A stretch of 63,255 nt of DNA, counting the filler, from an uncultured bacterium (GTDB lineage Bacteria; Auribacterota; CAZIXI01), in NCBI GenBank assembly GCA_964543115.1. It is 5 parts of 5 records of this genome, joined end to end, with 100 filler letters (N's around TTAATTAATTAA, not from the genome) between each part and the next. Parts side by side here need not be neighbours in the genome. Positions count along the whole stretch, not along the records: positions 50,871 to 63,255 come from CAZIXI010000082.1; 4 more parts are not named here. One strand, 5' to 3'. The position numbers and the translations under genes were made by a program. This document shows, piece by piece, positions 55,058 to 63,255 of the stretch; the first letter of the stretch is position 1, and each line of letters starts with the position of its first letter. Under the pieces are notes generated by a model, which saw only the letters and a list, made by a program, of their open reading frames with translations, ran no database searches and had not been told where the DNA came from.

Positions 55058-56155
55058 ATGAAAATAGGAAGCTATATAAAAAAATTAAGGACAACAAGAA
55101 ATATCGGCCAACGGGAATTGGCCAGAAATATCGGTGTGTCTGCTTCATACCTAAACGACATAGAAAAAGGGAAAAGAAACGCGCCAAGTAAAAAGATCAT
55201 AATCAAAATAGCTAGTACCCTCGAAGGCAACCTTGAGTATTTATACGATCTTGCTGGTAAAGATTCAAATAAGATACCTATTGACGTACAAGACGTAATC
55301 AGGAACAACAGTGAAACAGTAAAACTTTTACGGATGATTAAAAAACATGGCTTAGATAACAGTCAGATTAAAAAGTTAACGCAAACCATAAAGGGGGACG
55401 AGGTGAAGGCGATAATTATAGCTGCCGGAAAAGGCGCGAGGATGAAGCACTATACTGAAGATGTGCCTAAATGCCTGCTTAAATTTGGCGGGAAAACTTT
55501 ATTGCAACAGCAAATAGGAACACTAAAAACAAATGGAATTTCTAATATTTCTGTTATAAAGGGATATAGAAAAGAGAAAATAAACTATCCTGACATTACC
55601 TATTATACAAATGACAGGTATGAACATAACAATATTCTGAATTCCTTAATGTATGCAGAGCCAGAAATGGATAATGAAGTAATATTTTCTTATTCGGATA
55701 TCCTTTATGAAAACAATGTTGTTTCTAGACTGCTGGAATCAAAACATGATATTTCAATCGTTGTGGATATAGACTGGAGAGGCTATTACAAAGGCCGTAA
55801 AGATCATCCTGTCCAGGAAGCGGAAAATGTTATTTTTGACTCCAACAATAAAGTCGTTAGTATAGGAAAAATCCTGACAAGAAAAACCGATGTTCATGGT
55901 GAATTCATCGGCATGATGAAACTCACTAAGCGGGGCGCGGATATATTCAAACGTCATTTCCACAGGGCAAAACAGCTTTTCTGGGATAAACCATTCATCC
56001 GGGCGGCCACTTTTGAAAAGGCGTATCTTACAGATATGATTCAGGATATGGTTGATATGGGTGTTGATATAAATTGTGTGATTATCGAGAGGGGGTGGAG
56101 AGAAATAGATACTGTCAGTGATTATGAAAAGGCCTTAAATGAATTTAAGGAATAA
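55058..56155 (+). CDS. XRE helix-turn-helix fused to LicC/PntC-like cytidylyltransferase
   Basis: IKKLR...QRELARNIGVSASYLNDIEKG; then IIIAAGKGARM...PKCLL, YSDI, GEFIG, WREIDT..DY. Confidence 0.88.
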   Translation: MKIGSYIKKLRTTRNIGQRELARNIGVSASYLNDIEKGKRNAPSKKIIIKIASTLEGNLEYLYDLAGKDSNKIPIDVQDVIRNNSETVKLLRMIKKHGLDNSQIKKLTQTIKGDEVKAIIIAAGKGARMKHYTEDVPKCLLKFGGKTLLQQQIGTLKTNGISNISVIKGYRKEKINYPDITYYTNDRYEHNNILNSLMYAEPEMDNEVIFSYSDILYENNVVSRLLESKHDISIVVDIDWRGYYKGRKDHPVQEAENVIFDSNNKVVSIGKILTRKTDVHGEFIGMMKLTKRGADIFKRHFHRAKQLFWDKPFIRAATFEKAYLTDMIQDMVDMGVDINCVIIERGWREIDTVSDYEKALNEFKE

Positions 56156-56246
56156 CAACGGAGGTAATGTATAGATAATTTTAACCAGGCATGGACTTTA
56201 GGTGTATTGATTTTTTTTAATTGAACATATTTACAGGAGGTATTTA

Positions 56247-56939
56247 ATGAAAAAAGTATTTGCGTCTCTAATCATCATGAGTTGGTTGGTAGTGCCGTTT
56301 AATGGTTATAGCTATGAAGACGGTGATTGGCAGTATTGGAACACAGAGAGTATTGGCGGAAAACTTATTGATGTCGGAAGCGCCAGGTTAGACAGTCTTA
56401 ATGCTAACATAGAAGGTGAGTGGAGATTTGGGGATGGCGCAAGTGAATTATACTATCAGCATGTTGATGTCGGGCTGGCATTTAAAAAGCTATTTGTTCC
56501 CTGGTTTACTTTGGGCCTAAATTACCGCCAGGCCTGGGAGAAAGAGACTGACGGCTGGATGACAGAAGAAAAACCTCACATCAACGGAACAATTAGTTTT
56601 AAGTTGGCGGATTGGAAAATCTCCAATAGATCCAGGATTGAATACAGACACTTTGAGACAGAAGAAGATAAATGGCGTTTCAGGAATAAAACCACCGTTA
56701 AAGCTCCGGTAAAATGGACCGAATGGGAAATAACACCTTATCTTGCCGACGAAATATTTCTGGAAGAGGGCAAAAGCGGAATCTATCGGAACAGACTGTA
56801 TGTGGGCTTAGGGATCGGACATTTGTTTAAACTAGAGCATCTGAAAGGAAACGTATTTTACCTGTGGCAGGCAACGGAAAGCGATGATGATTGGACAAGT
56901 TACAATGTTATTGGGACAAAACTTAAAGTAGTATTTTAA
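56247..56939 (+). CDS. DUF2490-like outer membrane beta-barrel
   Basis: Signal peptide, NRSRIEYR, RFRNK, YLADEIF, RNRLYVGLG, terminal Phe. Confidence 0.8.
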   Translation: MKKVFASLIIMSWLVVPFNGYSYEDGDWQYWNTESIGGKLIDVGSARLDSLNANIEGEWRFGDGASELYYQHVDVGLAFKKLFVPWFTLGLNYRQAWEKETDGWMTEEKPHINGTISFKLADWKISNRSRIEYRHFETEEDKWRFRNKTTVKAPVKWTEWEITPYLADEIFLEEGKSGIYRNRLYVGLGIGHLFKLEHLKGNVFYLWQATESDDDWTSYNVIGTKLKVVF

Positions 56940-57004
56940 GCGCTTAAGTTTATGTTCCGTTTTCTCGGTTAAAAGATACGTTTATTTCAAAAGGAGGATT
57001 GGAA

Positions 57005-57874
57005 ATGAAAAAAGTCTGTATATTAATTTTTTGTCTTTTCTTCCTGGCGTTTGGCCTGCACCTACAGGCAGCAAAGGAAGAAAGCGTCGATCTGACAATG
57101 GTTTTTGTTCCGGCGAGCGAAAAGGCACAGTCCGGCGAATTTGACAGCTTATTAAGGATTGTAGAACAGATTACCGGGTATACAATAACAAAGATTGACG
57201 TTAGTGATTACAATGCCGCGGTTGAAGCCATGCGGGCGGGCCGGGCGGATATGGCCTGGTTTGGCGCCAAAACATATATTCTAGCCGCTGAACTTGCCGC
57301 GGCCGAAGCTTTCGCGGCCGGTATTCCTCAAGGCAAAACATCCGCCAGCTACAATGTGTACTTTATTGTGCCAAAAGACAGCCCGATTACAAAATACACC
57401 AAAGAACAACTACTGGGAAAAGGCCTGGCTTTAAATCACATTGGCTCTACCAGCGGCGATCTGGTTCCCCGCTATGAACTTAAAAAGATAGGGTTAGATA
57501 CAAATAATAAAGAACATTTTAAGTTTGTCCAATACGCGGGTAGCCATGATGCCGCCATTATGGCAGTAATAAATAAGCATGCGGATTTAGCGGGAGTAAG
57601 CTCCAGAAACTTCAACGCCAGAGTTAAAGACGGCACATTGAATCCGGATGATGTTCGCATAATCCATTCAGCCTATGTCGCGCCGCCGCCTTTAGCGTAT
57701 TCAAAAAAACTTCCTGAGGAGGTTAGAACTAACATTAAAGCTGCTGTGTTACAGGCCCATAATCATGGTGTAATAGGCGGTTACGGAGGGTCTATGGAAA
57801 AATATATATCCGTAGAGGATAAGGATTTTGATGAACTGCGTAAGATGAACAAGATGATGGGGGCAGAAGATTGA
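57005..57874 (+). CDS. phnD: Phosphate/phosphite/phosphonate ABC substrate-binding protein
   Basis: Signal peptide, DYNAAVEAM, STSGDLVP, GSHDAAI. Confidence 0.92.
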   Translation: MKKVCILIFCLFFLAFGLHLQAAKEESVDLTMVFVPASEKAQSGEFDSLLRIVEQITGYTITKIDVSDYNAAVEAMRAGRADMAWFGAKTYILAAELAAAEAFAAGIPQGKTSASYNVYFIVPKDSPITKYTKEQLLGKGLALNHIGSTSGDLVPRYELKKIGLDTNNKEHFKFVQYAGSHDAAIMAVINKHADLAGVSSRNFNARVKDGTLNPDDVRIIHSAYVAPPPLAYSKKLPEEVRTNIKAAVLQAHNHGVIGGYGGSMEKYISVEDKDFDELRKMNKMMGAED

Positions 57875-58674
57875 TCGAGTTTAGAGAAGCAGCTAAGACT
57901 TTTGATGGTATTACCGTTGCTCTTGAAGGTATATCAGCCAGAATAGAGCAAGGGGAATTTGTCTGTATTCTTGGCCCGAGCGGCTCCGGCAAAACAACCC
58001 TATTGCGCACAGTTAATGGGCTTGTTCCGCTGTCCTCAGGCACTGTAAGAGTGAACAATATTGATGTAATACCACAAAATCTGCAAACTATTAGATGCGA
58101 TGTGGGAATGATCTTTCAGCAATTTAATCTTGTTGGTAATCTTTCTGTTATCAACAATGTATTGTCCGGTAGTCTTGCCTCACAACAGAAATGGTATTCA
58201 GGGATCTATCTATTTCCAAAGTCATTGCGCTTAAAAGCCTTAGAGGTAATTGACCGGGTTGGACTTCTAGACAAGGCATATCAACGGGCAGATAAGCTTT
58301 CAGGAGGGCAGCAGCAACGTGTAGGAATTGCCAGGGCCCTGATGCAGAAACCAAAGGTGCTCTTAGCTGATGAGCCCATCGCCAGCCTGGATCCGATGAT
58401 TGCCTACAATATTCTTTCTCTCTTAAAAGAAATTAGTTCGGACGATAACATTACGGTGCTTTGCAGCCTCCATCAGGTTGATTTTGCCTTACGTTTCTCT
58501 CATCGGATATTAGGCCTTTCTGCAGGTAAGATAGTAATGGATGAACCCACTAAAGAACTAACAGTTGACTATATTCGGAAGATGTATCGCACCCACGAAC
58601 AGGGAATGTTCTTTGGCCTGGAATCAGAGCCCTACGGTAATGAACAGCTTATCACCTGGAGTGAATATAGATAA
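57871..58674 (+). CDS. phnC: Phosphonate ABC ATPase
   Basis: GPSGSGKT, MIFQQFNLV..LSVINNVL, LSGGQQQRVGIARAL, ADEPIASLDP. Confidence 0.95.
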   Translation: MIEFREAAKTFDGITVALEGISARIEQGEFVCILGPSGSGKTTLLRTVNGLVPLSSGTVRVNNIDVIPQNLQTIRCDVGMIFQQFNLVGNLSVINNVLSGSLASQQKWYSGIYLFPKSLRLKALEVIDRVGLLDKAYQRADKLSGGQQQRVGIARALMQKPKVLLADEPIASLDPMIAYNILSLLKEISSDDNITVLCSLHQVDFALRFSHRILGLSAGKIVMDEPTKELTVDYIRKMYRTHEQGMFFGLESEPYGNEQLITWSEYR

Positions 58675-58678
58675 GAAT

Positions 58679-60244
58679 ATGAGAATATTGGATAAATTAA
58701 TAAATAAAGATAAATCTGTTCAACTCAAAATGGTGGTTGTTCCAGCAATCAAAGGGCAGATGAAAAAGCAATTTCATAATCTTATCACTACCGTGGAAGA
58801 AATCACTAAATTTAAGATTATTATCGAAGAATCTCCTACCTATAAGGATGCCACCGAATCCTTGAAGTCCGGAGCGGCCCAGATAGGCTGGCTGGGACCA
58901 GAGGCTTATCTGGAAGGGGCCCACGAAGCAAATATCGAGGCTTTCGCTGTGGCCGTCAGAGGGAAAGAACATCGTTCGACCTACCGCACTATTTTCTTGA
59001 CCCGTGCTGATTCTGAAATTAACTCACTCTCTGATCTTAGGGGAAAACGTCTGGTTTTGAGCCAACGCGGATCAACCAGCGGTGACCTTATCCCCCGGCA
59101 CGAGCTGATTAAACATGGTCTAAATCCGGAAATCCCAGCCAATTTTCAAAAGGTATTTTATAGCGGAAGTCACGAAGGATCTGTAACTTCGGTTATTTCC
59201 GGCACAAGTGATGTAGCCGCGATCAGTGAAATTAATTATGATAATCTTCTGGCAAAAGATCTGATAAACCGCCAGGAACTTAAGATTATTCATACTTCAC
59301 CGGCCATCCCTGGAGCCCCCCTTGTCTATTCTAAGGCTTTACCAACACAAATTCGTTCAAAACTGAAAGACGCGGTACTCAATGCCCATCAACACGGTAG
59401 GGTAAGTGGCTATGGAAAGGATATCATCAAATATGAAACTCAAGCAGCGGCAAGGGCGGATTTTTTTGCTTCTTACCTGAAACGTCAATGGGGCTGGCGG
59501 ACCCTGATATCTATTGGCGTTTTTGTTTTGCTGACTACTTTAATCACTATCCACTTAGGAATAAATCCACTGAAAGCCATCAGTAATAGCGCAAAATACA
59601 TGGTTGATCTCCTGGGGCGGATGTTACCTCCGGATTTCTCTCACTCCGGAAAACTAATCTTTGCCATGTTAGAAACCATTGAAATCGGGATACTGGGTAC
59701 AATTCTAGCAATATTTCTGGCAATCCCCATTGGCCTCTTTTCTGCCAAAAATATTGCTCCACATTGGCTAATTTATTATCTGGCAAGAACTATTACAATA
59801 TTCTTTCGCGCGATTCCTGAATTTATTATGGCGATGATTCTCGTGATTGCCGTTGGCTTTGGGGCACTTCCGGGAATATTAGCCCTGGGATTCCACACAA
59901 TGGGATTTCTTGCTAAATTCTACGCCGAGGAAATGGAACATGTAGATACCGGGCCGATTGAGGCCCTGGAGGCAACCGGCGCTAACCGCTACCAAATAGT
60001 AATGTTTGCTATTATCCCGCAAATTGTTCCATCATTTGTCGGATTCTCTCTATATATTCTCGATCGTAATATACGGATGGCAACGATGTTGGGGATAGTT
60101 GGGGCGGGCGGGATCGGATATCTCCTCCAATCGTCATTCAGGATGTTTCAATATAAAGAAGTTTCTGCTATAATCATAATAATTTTTGTAACAATATATA
60201 TAATTGACATTATCTCATCAAAATTGCGCCTCTTAGTAAAATGA
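58679..60244 (+). CDS. phnE: PhnD-like domain fused to PhnE permease
   Basis: N-half: STSGDLIP, GSHEGSV, IPGAPLV. C-half: FRAIPE, ILALGFHT.G.LAKFYAE, MATMLGIVGAGGIG. Single open frame. Confidence 0.9.
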   Translation: MRILDKLINKDKSVQLKMVVVPAIKGQMKKQFHNLITTVEEITKFKIIIEESPTYKDATESLKSGAAQIGWLGPEAYLEGAHEANIEAFAVAVRGKEHRSTYRTIFLTRADSEINSLSDLRGKRLVLSQRGSTSGDLIPRHELIKHGLNPEIPANFQKVFYSGSHEGSVTSVISGTSDVAAISEINYDNLLAKDLINRQELKIIHTSPAIPGAPLVYSKALPTQIRSKLKDAVLNAHQHGRVSGYGKDIIKYETQAAARADFFASYLKRQWGWRTLISIGVFVLLTTLITIHLGINPLKAISNSAKYMVDLLGRMLPPDFSHSGKLIFAMLETIEIGILGTILAIFLAIPIGLFSAKNIAPHWLIYYLARTITIFFRAIPEFIMAMILVIAVGFGALPGILALGFHTMGFLAKFYAEEMEHVDTGPIEALEATGANRYQIVMFAIIPQIVPSFVGFSLYILDRNIRMATMLGIVGAGGIGYLLQSSFRMFQYKEVSAIIIIIFVTIYIIDIISSKLRLLVK

Positions 60245-60305
60245 CTTGCCTAAAACTACGCGCTTCGCTCTGGTCATCACGTTGTGCTTCATAACACTCT
60301 CTATC

Positions 60306-61406
60306 TTAAACGGTTGACTCTTTTTTATAGCCTTGCCAATAGTCAATAAAAAACACCAGAAAAAGACCAAAAATTAAGCCCAGTACACTCATAACCATAA
60401 CCACTTTTTTCTTATCAGTCCGCGGAATGCGCCTTACTCCACCAGGCGGGTTAATAATGGTAAAGTTTCTGGCAGTCAAAAATATTTTTTCCATATCGTA
60501 TTTTTTATTCTGTAGATTCTTAAGACCACTCTCGTACGATTCAATCTTACGCTGTACTTTTTCTGCTTGTGAATGCATATTTCCGCTTATACCGATTGAC
60601 GGTAAATTCACTTTCGCACTATTCTGCAAGGTAATCACATTCATTGTTATTTCCTGCTTCACTTGCTTAAGATTAACTAAATACAGCTTATAATCAGCAA
60701 TAGTATTTTGCAAAAGCGCAAGCTGAGATGTTTTATCTTCAACTGGTTCCGTTATTCTTGAAATCTGCTTTTCAATATTATCAATCTCTTTTTCTGTATT
60801 CTCGATTTCTTGACTAATGAGTCCCAAATTTTCTCCGGATAATTTCTGTCTTTCATCAGTTATGTTATATATTATTTGCATCATCTTGCTATATAATTCT
60901 TCATCCTCTTTTAAAGCATTCTCCATTTCACTGATTTGCTTTTTTAAGATATCATATTTTCCTTTAACTAACGCTTCTTGCTTTTCATACAAATTATTGC
61001 CATATGCAATATACTCTGCACAAAGCCCCGCACATATCTTCTCGGCCGCTTGCGGATTTCTCGTAGTCGCTCCAATTGAGAGAAAATCCGTCTTATCAAA
61101 AACACCTATACTGATGGCATTTCTTAATCCACTAATAGACATATCCAAATCCTGTTTTTTACGCAAGGATTCTAAAATAGCGTTACTCCGCATTATTACC
61201 TTGGCCTCATCGGTGGTCATAATAACACCTTCAATGGAGCCGGCACGAACCATAGCAGATACTTCGTACAGATCGATATTAGGGGTCCTGAATATTGATA
61301 CCCATAACCCGGCAGCAACAAACAGCAGGAATGTCGCTATGGCCCACCATTTCCTTTTAGTAATAATATTCACATAATCGCGCAAGTGGGTTTGTTGTTC
61401 TTCCAT
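60306..61406 (-). CDS. Wzz-like polysaccharide chain length determinant
   Basis: LRDYVNIITKRKW, N- and C-terminal TM helices, long coiled coil. Confidence 0.82.
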   Translation of the reverse strand: MEEQQTHLRDYVNIITKRKWWAIATFLLFVAAGLWVSIFRTPNIDLYEVSAMVRAGSIEGVIMTTDEAKVIMRSNAILESLRKKQDLDMSISGLRNAISIGVFDKTDFLSIGATTRNPQAAEKICAGLCAEYIAYGNNLYEKQEALVKGKYDILKKQISEMENALKEDEELYSKMMQIIYNITDERQKLSGENLGLISQEIENTEKEIDNIEKQISRITEPVEDKTSQLALLQNTIADYKLYLVNLKQVKQEITMNVITLQNSAKVNLPSIGISGNMHSQAEKVQRKIESYESGLKNLQNKKYDMEKIFLTARNFTIINPPGGVRRIPRTDKKKVVMVMSVLGLIFGLFLVFFIDYWQGYKKESTV

Positions 61407-61460
61407 ATTATCCTCCTCGTAAAAAATAAAATTAAATTGTATCTGCTTTGCCTGCCCCCG

Positions 61461-62597
61461 TCAACGCTTAAAGTCTCTAAAAAATTCTTTAATCTTGAGT
61501 ACAACATATTTTTGCTCTTCGGGAGTCAGCTCCGGATACACCGGCAAGGCAAGTGTTTCGGCAGCAGCATGTTCGGCCTCAGGAAAGTCAGCGCATTTGT
61601 AACCCAGAAATAAAAAACACTCCTGGAGGTGCAGGGGTACGGGATAATAGACCGCTGTGGCTATCCCCTGGTCTCTCAGGAACTGCGCTAACTTGTCCCT
61701 GTCCGGCACCCGGATGACATATTGATTGAAAATATGGAAATTCCCGGAACTGGTCTCTGGTAATTTCACCAGTTCCGTAAGCTTATGGTCTTTAAAAAGC
61801 CGTTGATATGTTTGGGCGTTTTTCTGCCTTTTGCGGTTCCAATTATCCAGATACTTGAATTTAACCAACAATATCGCCGCCTGCAGGGCATCCAGACGAA
61901 AATTACCGCCCACAAACCTATGATGATATCTTGTATCTTCTCCGTGAACCCGCAGAGATCTTACCTTCGCGGCAAAATCGGCATCATTGGTCACTACCAT
62001 TCCCCCGTCGCCGAAACCACCCAGATTTTTTGACGGGAAAAATGAAAAGCAACCAGCATTTCCTATTGTCCCTGCCGGCCTGTTTTTGTAACTTGCGCCA
62101 AGTGACTGAGCGGCATCTTCAATGACCGGCAATTCATATTCCGCTGCCAACTCCATCAATGGATCCATCGCCGCGCACTGACCGAAAAGATGAACAGGAA
62201 TCAAAGCCTTATATTTTTTTTTACCTCCCGCCTGCAAACATTCTTTCAGTCTCTCCGGGGAAATATTACAGCTCTGCGGCTCAATATCCACAAAGACCGG
62301 CCGCGCACTCAGACGGGCAATTACACCGGCGGTAGCAAAAAATGAATAGGGGGTGGTGATAACTTCATCACCGGGGCCGATCCCCAACGCCATCAATGAT
62401 ACCAGCAGGGCATCCGTACCTGATGAAACTCCAATGGCAAACTCTGCCCCCAGATACTCCGCTAGCTGCTGTTCCAGTGCGGCAACTTTAGGGCCCAGAA
62501 TAAACTGCTGGGAATTAAGCACTTCTTGGAGGGTTTCGGTTACTTCCTCTCTTATTTGTTGATACTGGAGTTTGAGATCAAGTAATGGTATTTGCAT
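61461..62597 (-). CDS. DegT-family sugar aminotransferase (WbpE/WecE-like)
   Basis: MQIPLLDLK, SSGTDAL, EDAAQSLG, SFFPSKNLGGFGDGG. Confidence 0.95.
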   Translation of the reverse strand: MQIPLLDLKLQYQQIREEVTETLQEVLNSQQFILGPKVAALEQQLAEYLGAEFAIGVSSGTDALLVSLMALGIGPGDEVITTPYSFFATAGVIARLSARPVFVDIEPQSCNISPERLKECLQAGGKKKYKALIPVHLFGQCAAMDPLMELAAEYELPVIEDAAQSLGASYKNRPAGTIGNAGCFSFFPSKNLGGFGDGGMVVTNDADFAAKVRSLRVHGEDTRYHHRFVGGNFRLDALQAAILLVKFKYLDNWNRKRQKNAQTYQRLFKDHKLTELVKLPETSSGNFHIFNQYVIRVPDRDKLAQFLRDQGIATAVYYPVPLHLQECFLFLGYKCADFPEAEHAAAETLALPVYPELTPEEQKYVVLKIKEFFRDFKR

Positions 62598-62626
62598 ATT
62601 CCTGACTAAAAAATACAACTAATAGT

Positions 62627-63255
62627 TTATAACCTGATTACATTACCTTTTTCCCTAAACCTCTCCCAGGTTACTCCGCGCGTATCAAATAATAACGCGG
62701 AATTATTAACAATTTGCGTAAGATTATAGCTGCTATGGGCAGTGACTATTACTAAAGCGTCCATTTTCCGTAATAATGATGGGGACAATTTCATGGAATG
62801 ATATGTCTTTTGGACTATTTTTATCTTGGAGACATAAGGATCATTGTAGGAAACCTGTGCTCTTTTTTGCCGGAGTAAATTAATTATCTCCAGGGCGGGA
62901 GAATCACGGGTATCGGCAACATCCGCTTTGTAGGCAACACCTAAAATAAGTATCTTTTTCCCTTGCAATGCCTTACCGATTGCTTCCCGCAGGCGGCTTA
63001 CCACGTATTGGGGCATGGCGGATTGGATATTATACTGGCGGGAGCGCCAATTGAGATAGAGGGGATCTTTGGGCAGGCAGGCCCCGCCAACTCCCGGTCC
63101 GGGATAAAATGGTAAAAAGCCAAATGGCTTTGTTGCCGCGCCGCGGATCACTTCCCAAATATCGATACCCATCCGATGACACATTAGGGCCACTTCATCC
63201 ACCAGGGCGATATTTACCGTGCGGAATGTGTTTTCCAGCAATTTAATGGTCTCCG
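62627..63255 (-). CDS. UDP-N-acetylhexosamine 6-dehydrogenase family protein, 5' end outside the window
   Basis: KLLENTFR.VNIALV.E, PGPGVGGAC..KDP, LGVAYKADV.D.R.SP. Confidence 0.92.
   Translation of the reverse strand, partial: ETIKLLENTFRTVNIALVDEVALMCHRMGIDIWEVIRGAATKPFGFLPFYPGPGVGGACLPKDPLYLNWRSRQYNIQSAMPQYVVSRLREAIGKALQGKKILILGVAYKADVADTRDSPALEIINLLRQKRAQVSYNDPYVSKIKIVQKTYHSMKLSPSLLRKMDALVIVTAHSSYNLTQIVNNSALLFDTRGVTWERFREKGNVIRL

Noticed and set aside
50871..60244. De novo phosphonate biosynthesis or C-P lyase cluster
   Set aside because: No pepM, ppd or phnGHIJ-like genes in view; the contig is truncated upstream, so this is unsupported rather than excluded.

Overview
This window is not one contiguous locus. 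Four artificial N44-TTAATTAATTAA-N44 linkers join five contigs (1-12753, 12854-25486, 25587-38216, 38317-50770, 50871-63255), so synteny can only be read within a contig. The source is a diderm bacterial draft genome or MAG; gene content is reminiscent of Omnitrophota/PVC relatives (inference). Contig 1: tandem hairpin repeat, AAA-DUF4143 gene, two nucleotidyltransferase toxin-antitoxin-like pairs, a truncated giant-protein remnant, then a sigma54-type promoter, a c-di-GMP-I (GEMM) riboswitch with terminator, and a 2455-aa signal-peptide protein carrying kinase-like, JAB-like and several zincin-like motifs. This regulatory chain plus giant gene is the most interesting element. Contig 2: RsbU/RsbW/STAS partner switch joined to mlaE-mlaF-mlaD (split by a repeat-flanked four-helix-bundle gene) and a TolC/MFP/RND pump. 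Contig 3: TPR-ExbB-ExbD-TonB, guaB3, dnaE, hisS, aspS. Contig 4: three GT-C-like membrane proteins sharing a C-terminal domain, plus tailoring enzymes. Contig 5: aminotransferase, radical SAM, epimerase, TagF-like gene, XRE-cytidylyltransferase fusion, phosphonate-type ABC genes with a PhnD-PhnE fusion, and O-antigen-type genes. Two families of small repeat elements recur throughout. No rRNA, tRNA, CRISPR array, transposase or reverse transcriptase was recognised. All product calls come from motif reading by eye, not database searches.
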